From an uncultured Gammaproteobacteria bacterium (lineage in GTDB: Bacteria; Patescibacteriota; Microgenomatia; Levybacterales; UBA12049), in NCBI GenBank assembly GCA_964507055.1, contig CAZDOJ010000001.1, forward strand, positions 785,313-849,312: a stretch of DNA of 64,000 bases. Direction: 5' to 3'. How positions within the stretch are numbered: position 1 is the first letter of the stretch; each line of letters starts with the position of its first letter. Below, in pieces: positions 9,851 through 19,514 of the stretch. The notes below the pieces were generated by a model that had not been told where the DNA came from, did not search any database, and saw only the letters and a program-made list of their open reading frames with translations. Both the position numbers and the translations under genes were made by a program.

Positions 9851-10332
9851 TGTTTCAACTCTAATGCTACGTCTAAGGCTTTAAGAACTGCTTGTGCTCC
9901 TTCAATTCCTTTATTATGATCATTATCTCCAGCACGTGCAATCGCCTGTTCCTTTTCAAAGACAGCAAGTATTTCAATTGCTACAGGCATACTGTGATCT
10001 TGTGACAATTGCATCAGTGCTCGTGAACATTCATTGGCAATCATTTCAAAATGATATGTCTCACCTTTGACGATAATCCCGAAGGCTATAATCGCATCAA
10101 ACTTCTTTGTCTCAGCTGCTACTTTCGCTACGAATGGAATCTCCCAGGATCCGGGTGCATTAAAGATTTCAATATTTTCTTCTGTTAGACCGGCATCCAA
10201 AAGAGTTGCTTTGGCATGCTTTTCTAAATTGTCATTGAGTTCTTGATGATAATCAGTACGAATGATTGCAATACGGACGTTTGCAGGATTTAACGATTTA
10301 AGAGCTAATTTTTTGTCTTGCTTTTGTAACAT
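9847..10332 (-). CDS. ribH: 6,7-dimethyl-8-ribityllumazine synthase
   Basis: Full-length lumazine synthase pattern (AIIRTDYH..., GIIVKGETYHFEMIANE, ILAVF). Confidence 0.9.
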   Translation of the reverse strand: MLQKQDKKLALKSLNPANVRIAIIRTDYHQELNDNLEKHAKATLLDAGLTEENIEIFNAPGSWEIPFVAKVAAETKKFDAIIAFGIIVKGETYHFEMIANECSRALMQLSQDHSMPVAIEILAVFEKEQAIARAGDNDHNKGIEGAQAVLKALDVALELKH

Positions 10333-10333
10333 A

Positions 10334-10921
10334 CTATTTATTTATAACAAATTTCTCAAGATATTTCGCGAGCACATCAACTTCAAGGTTTACAATATCG
10401 CCATCTTTTGCAGTATGAAGCATCGTTTTTTCCCAAGTATGAGGAATTATCCCCACTGTAAATTTCGCATCATCAATTGATATTACTGTTAAAGAAATTC
10501 CATTCATTGTTATTGAACCTTTCTCAACGATATATTTACTAATGGTTTGCGGAATACTTATTGAAAAGATTCGGCTGTTCCCTTCTTCTTTGATTGAGAG
10601 AATTTTGCCAACCGCATCAACATGACCTTGAACAATATGTCCAGCAAGAAATGTCTCACTTGTTGCAGGCAATTCTAAATTCACTAGACTTCCTTCATTG
10701 AGTTGTTGGATATTGGTTTTTGCTGATGTTTCTGGCATGAACTCGATTGAGAAAGTTTCTTCATCAAATGCAATTGCTGTTAAACAAATTCCATCAACAG
10801 CGATACTCATTCCAAGACTTAATTTACTAAGTAAACTTGTGTCTGTGGCAATGAGCAGCTTGCCTGAAGTTTTTTCTTTAACAGTTCCAAGGTGAGTAAT
10901 GATGCCAGTAAACATGGACAA
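10334..10921 (-). CDS. ribE: Riboflavin synthase alpha chain
   Basis: 'MFTGII' N-terminus and the two duplicated lumazine-binding half-domains, each with 'GxSLTV'. Confidence 0.85.
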   Translation of the reverse strand: MSMFTGIITHLGTVKEKTSGKLLIATDTSLLSKLSLGMSIAVDGICLTAIAFDEETFSIEFMPETSAKTNIQQLNEGSLVNLELPATSETFLAGHIVQGHVDAVGKILSIKEEGNSRIFSISIPQTISKYIVEKGSITMNGISLTVISIDDAKFTVGIIPHTWEKTMLHTAKDGDIVNLEVDVLAKYLEKFVINK

Positions 10922-10984
10922 ATTATAGCACTATTTTTTACTTCTGTGGACAAGCAATAGATAATTCCTTATACTTGACATCTT

Positions 10985-11752
10985 ATGTACTCACCACTTT
11001 TAATAAAGCGACTCATTCTTTTCACAATCGGTTTTAGTGTCATTTTCTATGTTATTCGTGAAAGTGGATTTGTACCGCAAAACGCATTGTCTGAAGAAAC
11101 CAGCAAAATCATTCCATTATTTTCTGGAATAACTGTTGTTTTTAGTATTATTTCTGGTTTTATAATTCAAGCACAATGGCATAAATGGGATACGCTTTTG
11201 GATGCTGCGCGTGGTGAGGTAAATATGCTCCGTCATATGTACATAATGGCAGGAAATTTCCCTTCGGTTGCAAGAACAAAACTCCAAAAATCTATCGAAA
11301 TATATTTAGATATCTTATTGAAAAAATCAAATCCAAAACAACATCATAGAGGGGTCCGATCAGAGGAAGTAGATGAAGCAATGTATGATATTGATAAGCA
11401 GGTTTATTTTGCTCTCGAGAAATATAATCAAACAGGTATGGGTATGTTCATGCTATTTAATCGTGCAATGGAATTCCGAGAACAACGAATTCAGAATGGT
11501 AGTCAGCGGCTTCCTTTTATGTTAAAAGCATTAATCATTCTCTTAACAATTATTTTAGTTGCTGTCTCTTTCTTTATTTTCTTCGACAATATATGGTTTG
11601 AATTTATTTTCCGATTAATCCTTGCTTTGCTTGCGTACACTGTTTATTTAATTATTGAAGACTTAGATGATCCATTTCGTCCAGGGAATTGGCATCTGAC
11701 ATTCAAAGGGTATAAGGAATTATCACTGGAGATCAAAAAGAAAAAGAACTAA
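10985..11752 (+). CDS. Hypothetical polytopic membrane protein
   Basis: Multiple hydrophobic helices. No motif I recognise. Confidence 0.4.
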   Translation: MYSPLLIKRLILFTIGFSVIFYVIRESGFVPQNALSEETSKIIPLFSGITVVFSIISGFIIQAQWHKWDTLLDAARGEVNMLRHMYIMAGNFPSVARTKLQKSIEIYLDILLKKSNPKQHHRGVRSEEVDEAMYDIDKQVYFALEKYNQTGMGMFMLFNRAMEFREQRIQNGSQRLPFMLKALIILLTIILVAVSFFIFFDNIWFEFIFRLILALLAYTVYLIIEDLDDPFRPGNWHLTFKGYKELSLEIKKKKN

Positions 11753-12327
11753 ACTTCAAGCGGATGACGTTCGACATGATCAACCGTCCCATCCTCTAAT
11801 GTAACTTCAATTATTTCTCCTCGCTGAATTACTTTTGAAGCATTCTCGGGATCCCAGAAATATCGTGGAGGCTTTTCCTGAATCAAATAATAATAGAGAA
11901 CTGTTAACGGATCGCCGTGAGACACGAGAATGGTATCGTGACCTCCAGCAACCGTTTCATCACAAATACTTTTCATTCGTGAAAGCAATGATTTCTGCGT
12001 TTCACGAGTTCTATTATCTTCCTCTTCAATCCAATGATTCTCAGACGCATGCACTTTTCCTTGCAACTCTGGACATGAGGATTCAATAAGTCTCCGATCA
12101 ATTGTCACCATTGATTGCGTATGAGCTGCGATAAGTTCAGCTGTTTGGACAGTCCGAACAATTGGACTAGCAATGATTGGCGTCTTTTCAAGCTTTTTTT
12201 CGACAAACCACTCACCTAGTGCAGAAGCTTGCCTACGACCGTATTCAGTCAAATGAAATGGTAAATGAAAAGCATAAAGATGTGCAGGATTGTAATACTC
12301 AGTGTGGCGAACGAAATAAAGCTTCAT
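11749..12327 (-). CDS. Histidine phosphatase family protein (phosphoglycerate mutase-like)
   Basis: N-terminal 'RHTE' catalytic His motif variant and a downstream 'SHGD' motif typical of branch-1 histidine phosphatases. Confidence 0.65.
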   Translation of the reverse strand: MKLYFVRHTEYYNPAHLYAFHLPFHLTEYGRRQASALGEWFVEKKLEKTPIIASPIVRTVQTAELIAAHTQSMVTIDRRLIESSCPELQGKVHASENHWIEEEDNRTRETQKSLLSRMKSICDETVAGGHDTILVSHGDPLTVLYYYLIQEKPPRYFWDPENASKVIQRGEIIEVTLEDGTVDHVERHPLEV

Positions 12328-12354
12328 ATATAGAGTATATGTTACAATTTACAC

Positions 12355-12978
12355 ATGAATCAAGAGTTTGATCGACAAGTGCAAAATCTCATTGATAAAA
12401 ACTATCCTGAAATCCTTACTATTTCCGCTGATGAACTAAAGAATAAGCTCGAACCTTTACGTAAACACCTACCTCAAAATAAAGAGATTAATATCGAACT
12501 TGGAAAACTTCCTTTTGTTATTGTTATCAAGAGCCCTAATAGTAATGCTGAAAAACTTATGGACCTTGTGCAAAGAGAAGGTAAAAGCGGATTTTCAAAA
12601 ATGTTCCCACATGAGGCCAAAGAATTCCTTCCTTTAGATTCTACTGTTATCCCCACCCATTTTGCATATCTTATGATAGATATCGATCGAGGTAAGAAAA
12701 CCATTAATGTTCCACCAGATGACGCTTTAAAGATAATTCAATCGGAAGAGAGATCACCTCTAACAATTGATGAAGGGATAGCACTTGTGACACAATATCC
12801 GGAGTTCTTAGTAAAAAATAATTGTTATTCCCTCCTCGCCTCTCGTTGTCCAGGAAATAAACGCGTTCCTGCAATTTGGATTAATGCCGCCAAAAGACCA
12901 AATCTTGGCTGGTGTTGGGATGGCAATCCACATACATGGCTTGGATCCGCATCATGTAGCGAAAGACTTGGACTCTGA
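12355..12978 (+). CDS. Hypothetical protein
   Basis: ORF with coding-like composition only. Confidence 0.4.
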   Translation: MNQEFDRQVQNLIDKNYPEILTISADELKNKLEPLRKHLPQNKEINIELGKLPFVIVIKSPNSNAEKLMDLVQREGKSGFSKMFPHEAKEFLPLDSTVIPTHFAYLMIDIDRGKKTINVPPDDALKIIQSEERSPLTIDEGIALVTQYPEFLVKNNCYSLLASRCPGNKRVPAIWINAAKRPNLGWCWDGNPHTWLGSASCSERLGL

Positions 12979-12979
12979 T

Positions 12980-13813
12980 TTATTTCTGTAAGCTTTCCTC
13001 AAATTCCTGGAGCACAACTTCAAGCTTCTTTTCGTACACTTCCTCAAAAAGTTGTCTATGCAGTGATGGTGTGTTTAAGAACTCGTGATCAAATATATTA
13101 AATTTTTCTTGTCCATATGTTTTGATAAGATAACCAATGAACCCACCATACAACATATGTGAAACTTTGTACCGTTCTGCGGATTGTTCATCCAAACCAC
13201 TAAATGAATCTGCAGTATAAATTTCATCTCCTTCTGTTGTTTCCTGTAGTTTTACTTTTTTTAAGCATTCGAGAAATTCTTTTTGAGAATAAAAACTTGG
13301 ACCGCTCAAATAAAATGGTATTCCTTCAGATACATATGTTACTTTTGTAGCACGTGAAGCATTAATGATATTTGTATTTTGATGGAGTAACAAATGGACT
13401 AATTCATGCTTAATATATTCTTCTTCGTTTAGTTTTTGCTCAGCTATTTTTTCAGAATTAATATACAGGATATCACCAGTTTGGAGAGCCACTCCACCAA
13501 GACTGTCAGTGTTTAGCCAAGGGATATATCCTTTCATATGCGACTTATCTGTACGGATAAGTTTGATGTAGCGTGTACGAGGTAAATTAAATGTGATACT
13601 CGTTTCTGAGAGATATGATTCAAGATTTTGATAGTATGCAGGCAGTTCAGTATCTTTTTGGTAGTAAACAGAATATGTTTGTGCTTTAAGCTCTTCATAT
13701 CCAGATTTAATCGGATTCCAAGGGAACAACGGACCAAACGCCAAAAGATAATAAAATAAAATTACACAAATAGCCGTTATCCAATATCTTTTTTTAAACT
13801 TTCTGATTTTCAT
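12980..13813 (-). CDS. Membrane-anchored putative zinc metallopeptidase (HExxH)
   Basis: N-terminal TM followed by 'HELVHLLLH'. It overlaps the upstream GltS-like gene by 4 nt. Confidence 0.35.
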   Translation of the reverse strand: MKIRKFKKRYWITAICVILFYYLLAFGPLFPWNPIKSGYEELKAQTYSVYYQKDTELPAYYQNLESYLSETSITFNLPRTRYIKLIRTDKSHMKGYIPWLNTDSLGGVALQTGDILYINSEKIAEQKLNEEEYIKHELVHLLLHQNTNIINASRATKVTYVSEGIPFYLSGPSFYSQKEFLECLKKVKLQETTEGDEIYTADSFSGLDEQSAERYKVSHMLYGGFIGYLIKTYGQEKFNIFDHEFLNTPSLHRQLFEEVYEKKLEVVLQEFEESLQK

Positions 13814-15168
13814 GAGGTTTCAGATTTGTGGTTTTTACCAAGCCAGAATCCAAATACAATCCAAAATGCAGTCACAAGATATGCAATGATAAAAGCAATT
13901 CCAGAACCAAACTCATGGATTACAATTGCTGCCATTGCGGTGACGATTCCTCCACCCATAAATGGTTCAAATGCTAATTGCTTGTATGAGAATGTTTCTT
14001 TCGCTTTTACTTCATTTTTGGGATCAACCAATCGATTAAGGAGTAAACCAGTCGCTGTCATGCCCATTGATTGGCCGACATTGGTTATACCGTTAACGAA
14101 CCAGTGCCGTGGAAAAAATCGTGGTGCAAAGAAATAGAAACTGCCAAGAATCCACAGAACTCCTGCACCAGCTAAGATTAAGAATACTGCCCAATTCTCT
14201 CCAATAACTCGTAGAGAAACTGTGGCAATTGCACTTGCTATCAATAAATCCAATCCGATCGAACTGAAATTTTCGATGGTACGTCTTTTGATAAGAGCTT
14301 GCTTATCAATCTTTTTCAGTGCTAATTGGACAAAAAGCCCTCCGAGCATTGCAAGTGTAAACAACGGCAAATAGGTAAAGAATCGTATATCAGTAAACGG
14401 CTGCATCGCGACATCTTCAAGCAAAATAAGTCCTTGCAACAAAATCCATCCAATACCAATTGATGCGGCAAAAGCCCCAATTGCAGTTATCAAAATTCTC
14501 GGATGTTCATTGAATTTACTTGCTAGATCAAGAAGATCATAGCCACTTTTTATGAGTTGCTTCTCCTGCTCTTTCCATACTTCTTCATTATCAAGTTTTG
14601 CACGATGTCGATTATAGAGATTGACGAGGATCACACCACTCACAATTGCTGCAATCAGACTAAATGTTGCAAGCCCCAAAGCAATATCCGTCCCTTCCGA
14701 CCAACCAAGTTCTTCAAATGTCGGTGCAAGTCCAGCCGCTGTCCCATGACCTCCTTCAAAACTAATTTCAATCAACGATCCTACCATAGGATTTGTGCCA
14801 AATAATGGAGATAAAACGAAGAGTGACAACGCAATTCCAATAACATATTGTCCCCACGCAAGCGTATTCCCAAATGCAATCATTGGTGCAGATGTTTTCC
14901 AGATTTCCTTCATGCTCGGTATAAATTTACCAAGAAAAAGTCCTGCAAAAACAACATTGATCAGATACTTAGGAAACTGCTCCCAATAACTCGTGACCTC
15001 CGTTCCAATATAGCCTAGAATTTGTGGACCAAGAAGCAGTCCAATTATTCCAGCAATTAAAGAGCTCGGAATAAATAAATGTTGAAAAAATGGAGTACGG
15101 CGTTTTACAAAGCGTGCAACGATAATAATGATAAGAAGTAATATGAAGCTATCAACAATTGGTGGCAT
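13810..15168 (-). CDS. Sodium/glutamate symporter GltS-like (ESS family) transporter
   Basis: Polytopic, with 'SFEGGHGTAAGL' matching the GltS 'GGHGT' re-entrant loop motif. Confidence 0.55.
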   Translation of the reverse strand: MPPIVDSFILLLIIIIVARFVKRRTPFFQHLFIPSSLIAGIIGLLLGPQILGYIGTEVTSYWEQFPKYLINVVFAGLFLGKFIPSMKEIWKTSAPMIAFGNTLAWGQYVIGIALSLFVLSPLFGTNPMVGSLIEISFEGGHGTAAGLAPTFEELGWSEGTDIALGLATFSLIAAIVSGVILVNLYNRHRAKLDNEEVWKEQEKQLIKSGYDLLDLASKFNEHPRILITAIGAFAASIGIGWILLQGLILLEDVAMQPFTDIRFFTYLPLFTLAMLGGLFVQLALKKIDKQALIKRRTIENFSSIGLDLLIASAIATVSLRVIGENWAVFLILAGAGVLWILGSFYFFAPRFFPRHWFVNGITNVGQSMGMTATGLLLNRLVDPKNEVKAKETFSYKQLAFEPFMGGGIVTAMAAIVIHEFGSGIAFIIAYLVTAFWIVFGFWLGKNHKSETS

Positions 15169-15210
15169 ACAAAAAGTATAGCAAAAAAACGACCTTTCAA
15201 ACTGTACTAT

Positions 15211-15915
15211 TTACGGTGTAGGACTTGGTTCAGGAGTATTTGTTGGTGCAGATGTTGGCTCAGGAGTGTTTGTCGGTGCAGCAGTAGGATCGGGAGCTTT
15301 TGTTGCGGTTGGTTCAGGGGCACTTGTTGGTGCAGGTGTCGCAGTTGGGGCTGTTGTTGCGGATGACTTTGTCGGAATCGGTGGAACCTTTTTTGAGTTT
15401 GCATCAGATTCTTTTGCTCCATACACTTCTGGCATTGGCAATTCTTGTTGCTTTTGCTGTGATACTGGAGTTATCTTGGCTTCTTTTTTAGAGACATCCA
15501 AGCTCTTTGATGGATCATCTTTGCCCATAAACATATCGATAGCAAAAATAGCGATAAATGCTACAGCAAGAACTCCACCTACGATTCCCAACCATTTACT
15601 CATCGAGTCAGGAGTTGCATTAAGATCGGCAAAGAATCCAGTCTTTGGTTCCTTTTCCTTTTCTTCAAAATTCTCAACGATTACTTCGGGCTCAGGTTCA
15701 TCGGATTTCACTTCATCTACAGAAGTTTTTACTTCGCTAGCGGATTCTTCAGATTTTGATTCCTCGCTCTTTTGTTCTTTTGCTTCGTCCCGTGTCGTTA
15801 CATCTTTCTCTTCAGTAGATGATCCTTCGAGCTTTTGATCATTACTGGATGTCTCTGTAGTAGTTTTTGAAGTATCCATGTCTTTAAGTATAAACAAACT
15901 GGATTGATTTAACAA
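15211..15915 (-). CDS. Hypothetical single-pass membrane protein with an acidic N-terminus and a Pro/Thr/Ala-rich extracellular tail
   Basis: Composition and one TM. Low complexity. Confidence 0.45.
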   Translation of the reverse strand: MLNQSSLFILKDMDTSKTTTETSSNDQKLEGSSTEEKDVTTRDEAKEQKSEESKSEESASEVKTSVDEVKSDEPEPEVIVENFEEKEKEPKTGFFADLNATPDSMSKWLGIVGGVLAVAFIAIFAIDMFMGKDDPSKSLDVSKKEAKITPVSQQKQQELPMPEVYGAKESDANSKKVPPIPTKSSATTAPTATPAPTSAPEPTATKAPDPTAAPTNTPEPTSAPTNTPEPSPTP

Positions 15916-15917
15916 TA

Positions 15918-16535
15918 TTATTGAGCTATTTTTGCGGGTTTGTAGTAAAGACCAAGAACACCAGATGGTTCAAAGGCCTTAGAGTATATAAGTTGTAATG
16001 AGTTTCTTGTTTTGAGATCTTTAAATAACATTTTTCCTTCTCCAAGAACGACAGGTTGAACTTTCAACCGATATTCATCAACAAGCTGCAAACGTACGAG
16101 GGTTTGTGCAAGCCTTGCTCCACCGAATAAAACAATATCTCCGCCTGTGGATTCTTTTAATTTGGTGACTTCTTTTATAATATCTTCATCGTTTTGTACA
16201 GAAAGTACATATGAATTATTCCACTCTGCTTTTTCCAAAGTCTTTGAGACAACATACTTAGGAGAATCAACTACCCAATTAGCAAAATCCACTAATTCTT
16301 TTGGACTATTCGGATCTTTTGCCATCGCAGGCCAAGCTTGTGAAAAACCTTCGTAAAGAACTCGTCCAAGAATCATACTATCCACGGTTTTAAGTAAATC
16401 TGGGATAAGCTCCATGGAAATAGCTGGATCTTGGTTCTCCCAATCGAGTTCATCTTTCGGTCCACAGATATAGCCATCAAAAGAATAAACCATGTATAAA
16501 ATTATCTTTCTCATATTCTTATGCAGCGGTTTCAT
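15918..16535 (-). CDS. Dihydrofolate reductase-like protein (RibD C-terminal domain family)
   Basis: 'YMVYSFDGYI' and 'LFGGARLAQTL' resemble the DHFR-fold RibD_C / YwjB family. Confidence 0.65.
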   Translation of the reverse strand: MKPLHKNMRKIILYMVYSFDGYICGPKDELDWENQDPAISMELIPDLLKTVDSMILGRVLYEGFSQAWPAMAKDPNSPKELVDFANWVVDSPKYVVSKTLEKAEWNNSYVLSVQNDEDIIKEVTKLKESTGGDIVLFGGARLAQTLVRLQLVDEYRLKVQPVVLGEGKMLFKDLKTRNSLQLIYSKAFEPSGVLGLYYKPAKIAQ

Positions 16536-16890
16536 CTACCTCGAAGATGCCAAAGGTATTGCCCTGCGTATCAAGAAAGTATCCCTGCCAACATTTACCG
16601 GGAACTGCAAACTTTGGAAGTGCGATTTGGCCATCAAGTGAAAGTATCTTTTGAGCGTATGCATCAAAATTATCTACTTCTATTGAACAAACAAACGCGT
16701 TTGCTCCACATTTTTCAGCTGGAATTGGACGCTTGAGCAAGCCACCATTTATTCCGTTTGTTTTAATAGCATAATACTCAATAGGTAATCCTTCTTGTTT
16801 TGTAAACTCCCATCCAAAAATTTGTCCGTAGAATTCTTTTGCGGCTGTCGGATCATCTGAATGGATTTCAAAAAACATTACATTATTCAT
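16519..16890 (-). CDS. VOC (glyoxalase/bleomycin-resistance fold) family protein
   Basis: 'FFEIHSDDPTAAKEFYGQIFGWEF' N-terminal beta-alpha-beta-beta-beta module. Paralog of the 19095-19469 protein. Confidence 0.65.
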   Translation of the reverse strand: MNNVMFFEIHSDDPTAAKEFYGQIFGWEFTKQEGLPIEYYAIKTNGINGGLLKRPIPAEKCGANAFVCSIEVDNFDAYAQKILSLDGQIALPKFAVPGKCWQGYFLDTQGNTFGIFEVDETAA

Positions 16891-17256
16891 AAAAAAAGTA
16901 TACCATACAACGAATGCTACGCAAGCTCTGCAATATTACCTATACTCGTTTCATTGACAACGTGTATACTAAAATCAATTAAACTTCTTTCAAAAAAACA
17001 TTCACACAACATACTCAAGTATCTTATCTATATTTGTTCTATTTGTGGTCCAATTCTCACATTACCTCAAATCTATTATATTTGGCTTCATAAAAATGCA
17101 GAAGGGGTAGTCATACTTTCGTGGGTTGGATATCTTCTCATTGCAATTGTTTGGACAATCTATGGCATAACATATAAGCAGAAGCTTGTGGCGTTAAGTA
17201 GCGGTCTCTGGATAATCGTCGAGACTATCGTAATAATTGAAGCACTGATGTACTAA
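16861..17256 (+). CDS. Small membrane protein with a PQ-loop-like motif (LTLPQIYYIW); the start codon is uncertain
   Basis: Three to four hydrophobic helices. The PQ dipeptide at the start of a helix, as in SemiSWEET/PQ-loop proteins, is only suggestive. Confidence 0.3.
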   Translation: MDFKKHYIIHKKSIPYNECYASSAILPILVSLTTCILKSIKLLSKKHSHNILKYLIYICSICGPILTLPQIYYIWLHKNAEGVVILSWVGYLLIAIVWTIYGITYKQKLVALSSGLWIIVETIVIIEALMY

Positions 17257-17930
17257 TAAATAAATGGAACGAGACGGTATGGAGTTTTTTTACAATACTC
17301 TGTATAGTCTTTAAGATTTTTCCTGAGAAGTTTTTCTTCATCGAGAAGTCTGAGCACGAGCATCAATGTCATTAATATTCCGATACCAATTCCCCAGTAT
17401 GAATCCAGTGCCAAGGGTGTAAAGAGAAAAAGAAGCACAGCTCCAGCATACATAGGATGTCTTACAATTTTGTACGGCCCTGTTGTAATAACTTTTTGTT
17501 TGGAATCAGTTTCAACAATTGCTGAGGTAAAAGTATTTTCTTTAAACACAAGGAAAATAATAAATAATCCCAACGCCACCATCACATTTGCAAAAAGAAT
17601 AACCTGCAAAGAAAGTTCTGGACTAAAGAAACGATGCTCTAGACTAGAAATAATATAAACGGCTATAAAAAGTATGCTTGTAATTATCTGAATTATTTTT
17701 TGTGTTTTTTCTTTTTCGGCGGATGGACCAACATGCAATCTTCTTTCCATTAATTCAGGATCATGTTTAAGAAAGTAATTGGTTATGAACAAAAGCGAAC
17801 TAGCAAAGACTCCAAGATATAACCACCCTTGCCAGTATGTGAGCGTCCATGCAGGGAGAAATATGAAGAGAACCAAAGCCAAAGAAAATTTAAGCAGTCC
17901 TACATAGGAACGTCTCTCTAAATCTTTCAT
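17253..17930 (-). CDS. Isoprenylcysteine carboxyl methyltransferase (ICMT/PEMT) family membrane methyltransferase
   Basis: C-terminal 'RHPMYAGAVLLF...EE' SAM-binding signature of the ICMT family, and polytopic. Confidence 0.7.
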   Translation of the reverse strand: MKDLERRSYVGLLKFSLALVLFIFLPAWTLTYWQGWLYLGVFASSLLFITNYFLKHDPELMERRLHVGPSAEKEKTQKIIQIITSILFIAVYIISSLEHRFFSPELSLQVILFANVMVALGLFIIFLVFKENTFTSAIVETDSKQKVITTGPYKIVRHPMYAGAVLLFLFTPLALDSYWGIGIGILMTLMLVLRLLDEEKLLRKNLKDYTEYCKKTPYRLVPFIY

Positions 17931-17966
17931 AATCTTATTCTAGCACTGTTTGTAAAATGAGATGCA

Positions 17967-18290
17967 ATGCTCTTACACAATTTTGAAATAGTATTTTTTA
18001 TAATAATCGCTATGTCTAAGGATCTCTTTTTTATGATATTTTTCGTCCTCGGAATCGTATTTGCACAATATGCAGGTACAGCTCTTGGCAATCGACTCGC
18101 ACAATCAAATGTTCAAGCAAGTAATGCTTCTTCGGTTGCAACTCCAACCATTGTACCAACAGACGCCATTTCATCAACACCAATTCCCACAGTTTTGCCT
18201 GATATTTCAGAAATTGAAGATAACCCTGATCGAGCGGATGATGATAATCCAGGAGAAAGTAATAGAAACAGAAGAGGTCGAGATCACTAA
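17967..18290 (+). CDS. Small hypothetical secreted or membrane protein
   Basis: N-terminal hydrophobic segment and an acidic/basic tail. Confidence 0.35.
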   Translation: MLLHNFEIVFFIIIAMSKDLFFMIFFVLGIVFAQYAGTALGNRLAQSNVQASNASSVATPTIVPTDAISSTPIPTVLPDISEIEDNPDRADDDNPGESNRNRRGRDH

Positions 18291-18292
18291 TA

Positions 18293-18730
18293 TTAAGCCT
18301 TTTTGAGTCGGAGTTTACCACCCCACCAAACAAGTGGATAGGCAGTAACAGCAAGAGCAATTGGATACCAATGTTCTGACAGATTCCATCCAATAATAGC
18401 ACCCAGTATGCCAGCGATTGTTCCGATAATAGCTAGTACTTTCACATGCTTCATCGGATTTTGTGGAGCAAGCATCGCAGTGACATAACCTCCGAGAACA
18501 GTGTAAGCACTACGATAAAGAAGTGCCAGAATCAACATCCAAGTAGTCATATAAACACCAGGCTCAGTTGGAGATGGGAAAATGCCAATCTTTTCTAATA
18601 CTCCATCTGTGGCAGTAGAGAGAATCACGACGACGAGGAAACCAGCAAGAACCGCCCAAATACTTTTCCAAACATTTCCTTTTGCTTTTGGTGTAACCTT
18701 CTTTTTTGCTTTTTTAACTGCTTTTGCCAT
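18293..18730 (-). CDS. Hypothetical membrane protein with a basic N-terminus
   Basis: Four hydrophobic helices. Confidence 0.4.
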   Translation of the reverse strand: MAKAVKKAKKKVTPKAKGNVWKSIWAVLAGFLVVVILSTATDGVLEKIGIFPSPTEPGVYMTTWMLILALLYRSAYTVLGGYVTAMLAPQNPMKHVKVLAIIGTIAGILGAIIGWNLSEHWYPIALAVTAYPLVWWGGKLRLKKA

Positions 18731-18820
18731 ATCTTATTTAAAGTATATTCGTAAGAATTTTATTACGCAATATATCATTTCAATAGTGTATAAATGATGT
18801 GTTAACATTAGATTAAATAT

Positions 18821-19093
18821 ATGGATATTCAGACATTACAGACAGTCTATTACTCAATGAGTATCGTCTTTATGACACTTGCTCTCATCGCAATCATTGC
18901 ATTAATTGTTGTGGGTATTAAACTCCTTATGAAAGTAAACAAAATCCATGCACAGATTGATGATATCTTAACGCAATTTCAGGATAATCCCACAGGAAAA
19001 GCATCTGAAATTTTGATGAGTGTCGGTGCAGGCTTGGCAAATGCTGGAGCGAAGAAAGTACGAGAACTAATTGATGAAAAGAGGAGAGGATAG
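18821..19093 (+). CDS. Small hypothetical membrane protein
   Basis: Single TM. Confidence 0.35.
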   Translation: MDIQTLQTVYYSMSIVFMTLALIAIIALIVVGIKLLMKVNKIHAQIDDILTQFQDNPTGKASEILMSVGAGLANAGAKKVRELIDEKRRG

Positions 19094-19094
19094 T

Positions 19095-19469
19095 ATGAAT
19101 AAAGTTGTTCATTTTGAAATACCATTTGATGATAAAGAACGAGCAAAGAAATTCTACAGTGAAACTTTTGGTTGGGAATTTGATGATATGCCTGAAATCG
19201 GTTATACAGGAATTAAAACAACTCCAACGGATGAAACAAGTTTGCCGCTAGAACCAGGAGCAATCAATGGTGGATTAACTGCTCGAGGTAAAGATGTCGC
19301 AACACCAGTTGTTACGATTGATGTTGATTCGATTGATGAATACGTCAAAAAAGTTGAAGCAGCAGGTGGTCAAAGCATAAGTCCAAAAGGTGAAGTGCCG
19401 CAGATGGGATATTACGCGTATGTAAAAGATAGTGAAGGCAATGTCATCGGTTTGTGGCAAAGTATCTAA
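19095..19469 (+). CDS. VOC (glyoxalase-fold) family protein, paralog of the 16519-16890 protein
   Basis: Start re-assigned to the ATG preceded by AAAGAGGAGAGG. 'HFEIPFDDKERAKKFYSETFGWEF' parallels the other copy. Confidence 0.65.
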   Translation: MNKVVHFEIPFDDKERAKKFYSETFGWEFDDMPEIGYTGIKTTPTDETSLPLEPGAINGGLTARGKDVATPVVTIDVDSIDEYVKKVEAAGGQSISPKGEVPQMGYYAYVKDSEGNVIGLWQSI

Positions 19470-19514
19470 GACTATTTGTCCAAATACTTTAAAATAAGAT
19501 GATTAGGCCAACTA

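Noticed and set aside
15266-15838. 190-aa ORF on the plus strand antisense to the gene at 15211-15915
   Set aside because: Low-complexity Gly/Ala/Val/Ser translation that mirrors the Pro/Thr/Ala-rich gene on the other strand. No ribosome binding site.
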